From an uncultured Methanosarcinales archaeon (GTDB taxonomy: Archaea > Nanobdellota > Nanobdellia > Woesearchaeales > UBA525), in assembly GCA_964432865.1 (NCBI GenBank), contig CAYSOY010000002.1, forward strand, positions 29,025 through 35,176: a stretch of DNA of 6,152 bases. Direction: 5' to 3'. The notes under the pieces were generated by a model. The model had not been told where the DNA came from. It saw only the letters and a list, made by a program, of their open reading frames with translations, and searched no databases. Within the stretch, counting starts at the first letter, position 1. Each line of letters begins with the position of its first letter. The position numbers and the translations under genes were made by a program. Of the stretch, positions 5,368-6,152 are shown one piece after another.

Positions 5368-6152
5368 ATGGTTAAAGGCATAGTTATAGGCGGGAGCCAG
5401 CAGGAGATAATTGTAAGGCAGAAGTCCACCAAAGAGTTTGAGATTGGAGAACTTCTCGTAGCAGACCAAAAAGAGAGAAAGATACTGTTCCAAGTAACGG
5501 ATATTCTCTTCGCCAGTCAGATTTCGCAGGATAATCTCGAACTGATCTCAGGGATGAGACTGGAGGAAGAGACAGATTTTGAATTCATGGACAAAGAGTT
5601 GAGGAACTACAGACTCGCCAAGATAAAGCCAATACTGGAGATCGGAGAGGACGAACCGAGAAAGCCCAAAACCACCCCTCCTTTCTTCTCAGAACTCAGA
5701 GAGGTGAAAGAAGGGGACGTAGAGTTTCTGAGCAAACCGGAGAAGCCTTTCCTCCTGGGAAGACTGAGAAGCGGGAGCAAGGAGTTAGAATTCCCGGTGT
5801 ACACAAAAGGAGAAGATGCTTTAAGCCACCACTTGTTGGTATCGGGGACTACTGGAAGAGGTAAAAGCAACCTGCTGAAATGCATGCTCTGGGACTCCGT
5901 GGAGAGGGAGTACAGTGGTTTCCTCGTCTTGGACCCTCACGATGAGTACTATAAGAACTGTTTGGAAGAGCACCCGTCCTCTGAAAAAGTCTCATACTAC
6001 ACCACTGACCCTGAGCCTGGTGGAAAGAGTCTTTTCTTCAACACAGAACTTTTGAAGCCGAAAGATTTCCAAGGAGTGACTTCGTGGAGCAGAGCGCAAA
6101 AAGAAGCGATATCGTCTTACTACAAAGAGTACAGAGAGGGCTGGATAGAGGA
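5368..6152 (+). CDS. Second HerA/FtsK-superfamily ATPase (HerA-like paralogue). N-terminal 261 codons only; it continues past the right window edge.
   Basis: Absent from the ORF track because it runs off the window. ATG 5368 is the first start after the in-frame TAG at 5332-5334, and the frame stays open to 6152. The translation starts MVKGIVIGGSQQEIIVRQKSTKEFEIGELLVADQKERKILFQVTDILF, which looks like a HAS barrel. After a charged linker it continues with ALSHHLLVSGTTGRGKSNLLKCML (Walker A) and GFLVLDPHDEYYKN. Confidence 0.75.
   Translation, partial: MVKGIVIGGSQQEIIVRQKSTKEFEIGELLVADQKERKILFQVTDILFASQISQDNLELISGMRLEEETDFEFMDKELRNYRLAKIKPILEIGEDEPRKPKTTPPFFSELREVKEGDVEFLSKPEKPFLLGRLRSGSKELEFPVYTKGEDALSHHLLVSGTTGRGKSNLLKCMLWDSVEREYSGFLVLDPHDEYYKNCLEEHPSSEKVSYYTTDPEPGGKSLFFNTELLKPKDFQGVTSWSRAQKEAISSYYKEYREGWIE

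Noticed and set aside
5607-5885. Minus-strand ORF 5607-5885 (92 aa)
   Set aside because: It is antisense to the second HerA-like CDS, including its Walker A region. The translation is S/L/P-rich and low in complexity.

Overview
The window reads as ordinary chromosomal DNA, most likely from an archaeon. This is inferred from TTTATAAA-type TATA boxes centred about 27-28 bp upstream of three ATG codons with no Shine-Dalgarno sequence, from an archaeal/eukaryotic-type alpha2 GlyRS, and from Glu/Lys/Arg-rich proteins that use AGA/AGG Arg codons, which suggests a thermophile. Five protein genes fill nearly all of it. They are a HerA-like ATPase (1-741, minus strand, truncated by the left edge), a PfkB-family kinase (797-1792, minus), a CBS-containing IMP dehydrogenase (1926-3491, plus), glycyl-tRNA synthetase (3582-5111, minus), and a second, distantly related HerA-like ATPase (5368-6152, plus, truncated by the right edge). 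The two edge genes are missing from the supplied ORF track because they run off the window, so I translated them by hand. I see no rRNA, tRNA, transposase, integrase or convincing CRISPR array. The one stretch that coding sequence and core promoters do not explain is the 256-nt divergent intergenic region 5112-5367. It holds two imperfect 39-nt direct repeats, one of which folds into a perfect 11-bp hairpin, plus two further perfect inverted repeats and an A11 run. I cannot see a complete novel system inside this window. The most system-like candidates are the two HerA-family ATPases, whose partner genes would lie outside the window, and the structured repeat region just upstream of the second one. 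The three central genes are housekeeping.
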